Program-made: the position numbers and the translations under genes
Source of the DNA: Escherichia phage NC-A
Strand: one strand, 5' to 3'
Sequence record: MK310182
DNA: 39,536 nt
The notes under the pieces: generated by a model
Told to the model about the DNA's origin: nothing
Seen by the model: only the letters and a program-made list of their open reading frames with translations
The model's database searches: none
Part shown: piece by piece, positions 39,379-39,536 of the stretch
How the letters are laid out: every line of letters starts with the position of its first letter
Position numbering within the stretch: position 1 is the first letter of the stretch

Positions 39379-39536
39379 TCTCACAGTGTACGGACCCAAA
39401 GTTCCCCCCATAGGGGTACCTAAAGCCCAGCCAATCACCTAAAGACAACCGAAGGTTGACCTTGAGGGTTCCCTAGGGTTGGGATGACCATTTAGTTGTC
39501 CTTTGGGTGTTACCTTGAGTGTCTCTCTGTGTCCCT
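39379..39536. repeat. Right direct terminal repeat
   Basis: Identical to bases 1-158. Confidence 0.95.

Overview
This window appears to be a complete, linear genome of a T7-group podophage (about 39.5 kb), not T7 itself. It is bounded by identical 158-bp direct terminal repeats (1-158 and 39379-39536). All genes are on the + strand in canonical T7 order: early anti-host genes 0.3-0.7, RNA polymerase (gene 1), class II DNA-metabolism genes 1.1-6, class III structural, lysis and packaging genes 6.5-19.5. I can read 17 T7-type promoters (TAATACGACTCACTATAGGGAGA-like), the three E. coli promoters A1/A2/A3, the early terminator TE, the late terminator Tphi, and the RNase III hairpins. Comparisons to T7 are from memory of the reference, not a search; they show small indels throughout plus several module-level differences. 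The most notable are: (1) gp17 tail fibre has a T7-like N-terminus but a different C-terminal receptor-binding module ending in an intramolecular-chaperone (peptidase S74-like) domain; (2) gp16 carries a roughly 168-aa coiled-coil insertion; (3) an HNH-AP2 endonuclease ORF sits where T7 gene 1.4 would be, overlapping the ligase end, containing TE and stopping inside the phi1.5 promoter; (4) an unknown 76-aa ORF occupies the gene 5.3 slot; (5) genes 2.8 and 7.7 are absent and gp1.7 is short. No tRNA, CRISPR array or integrase was seen. Coordinates of promoters and RNA sites were read by hand and may be off by a few bases.
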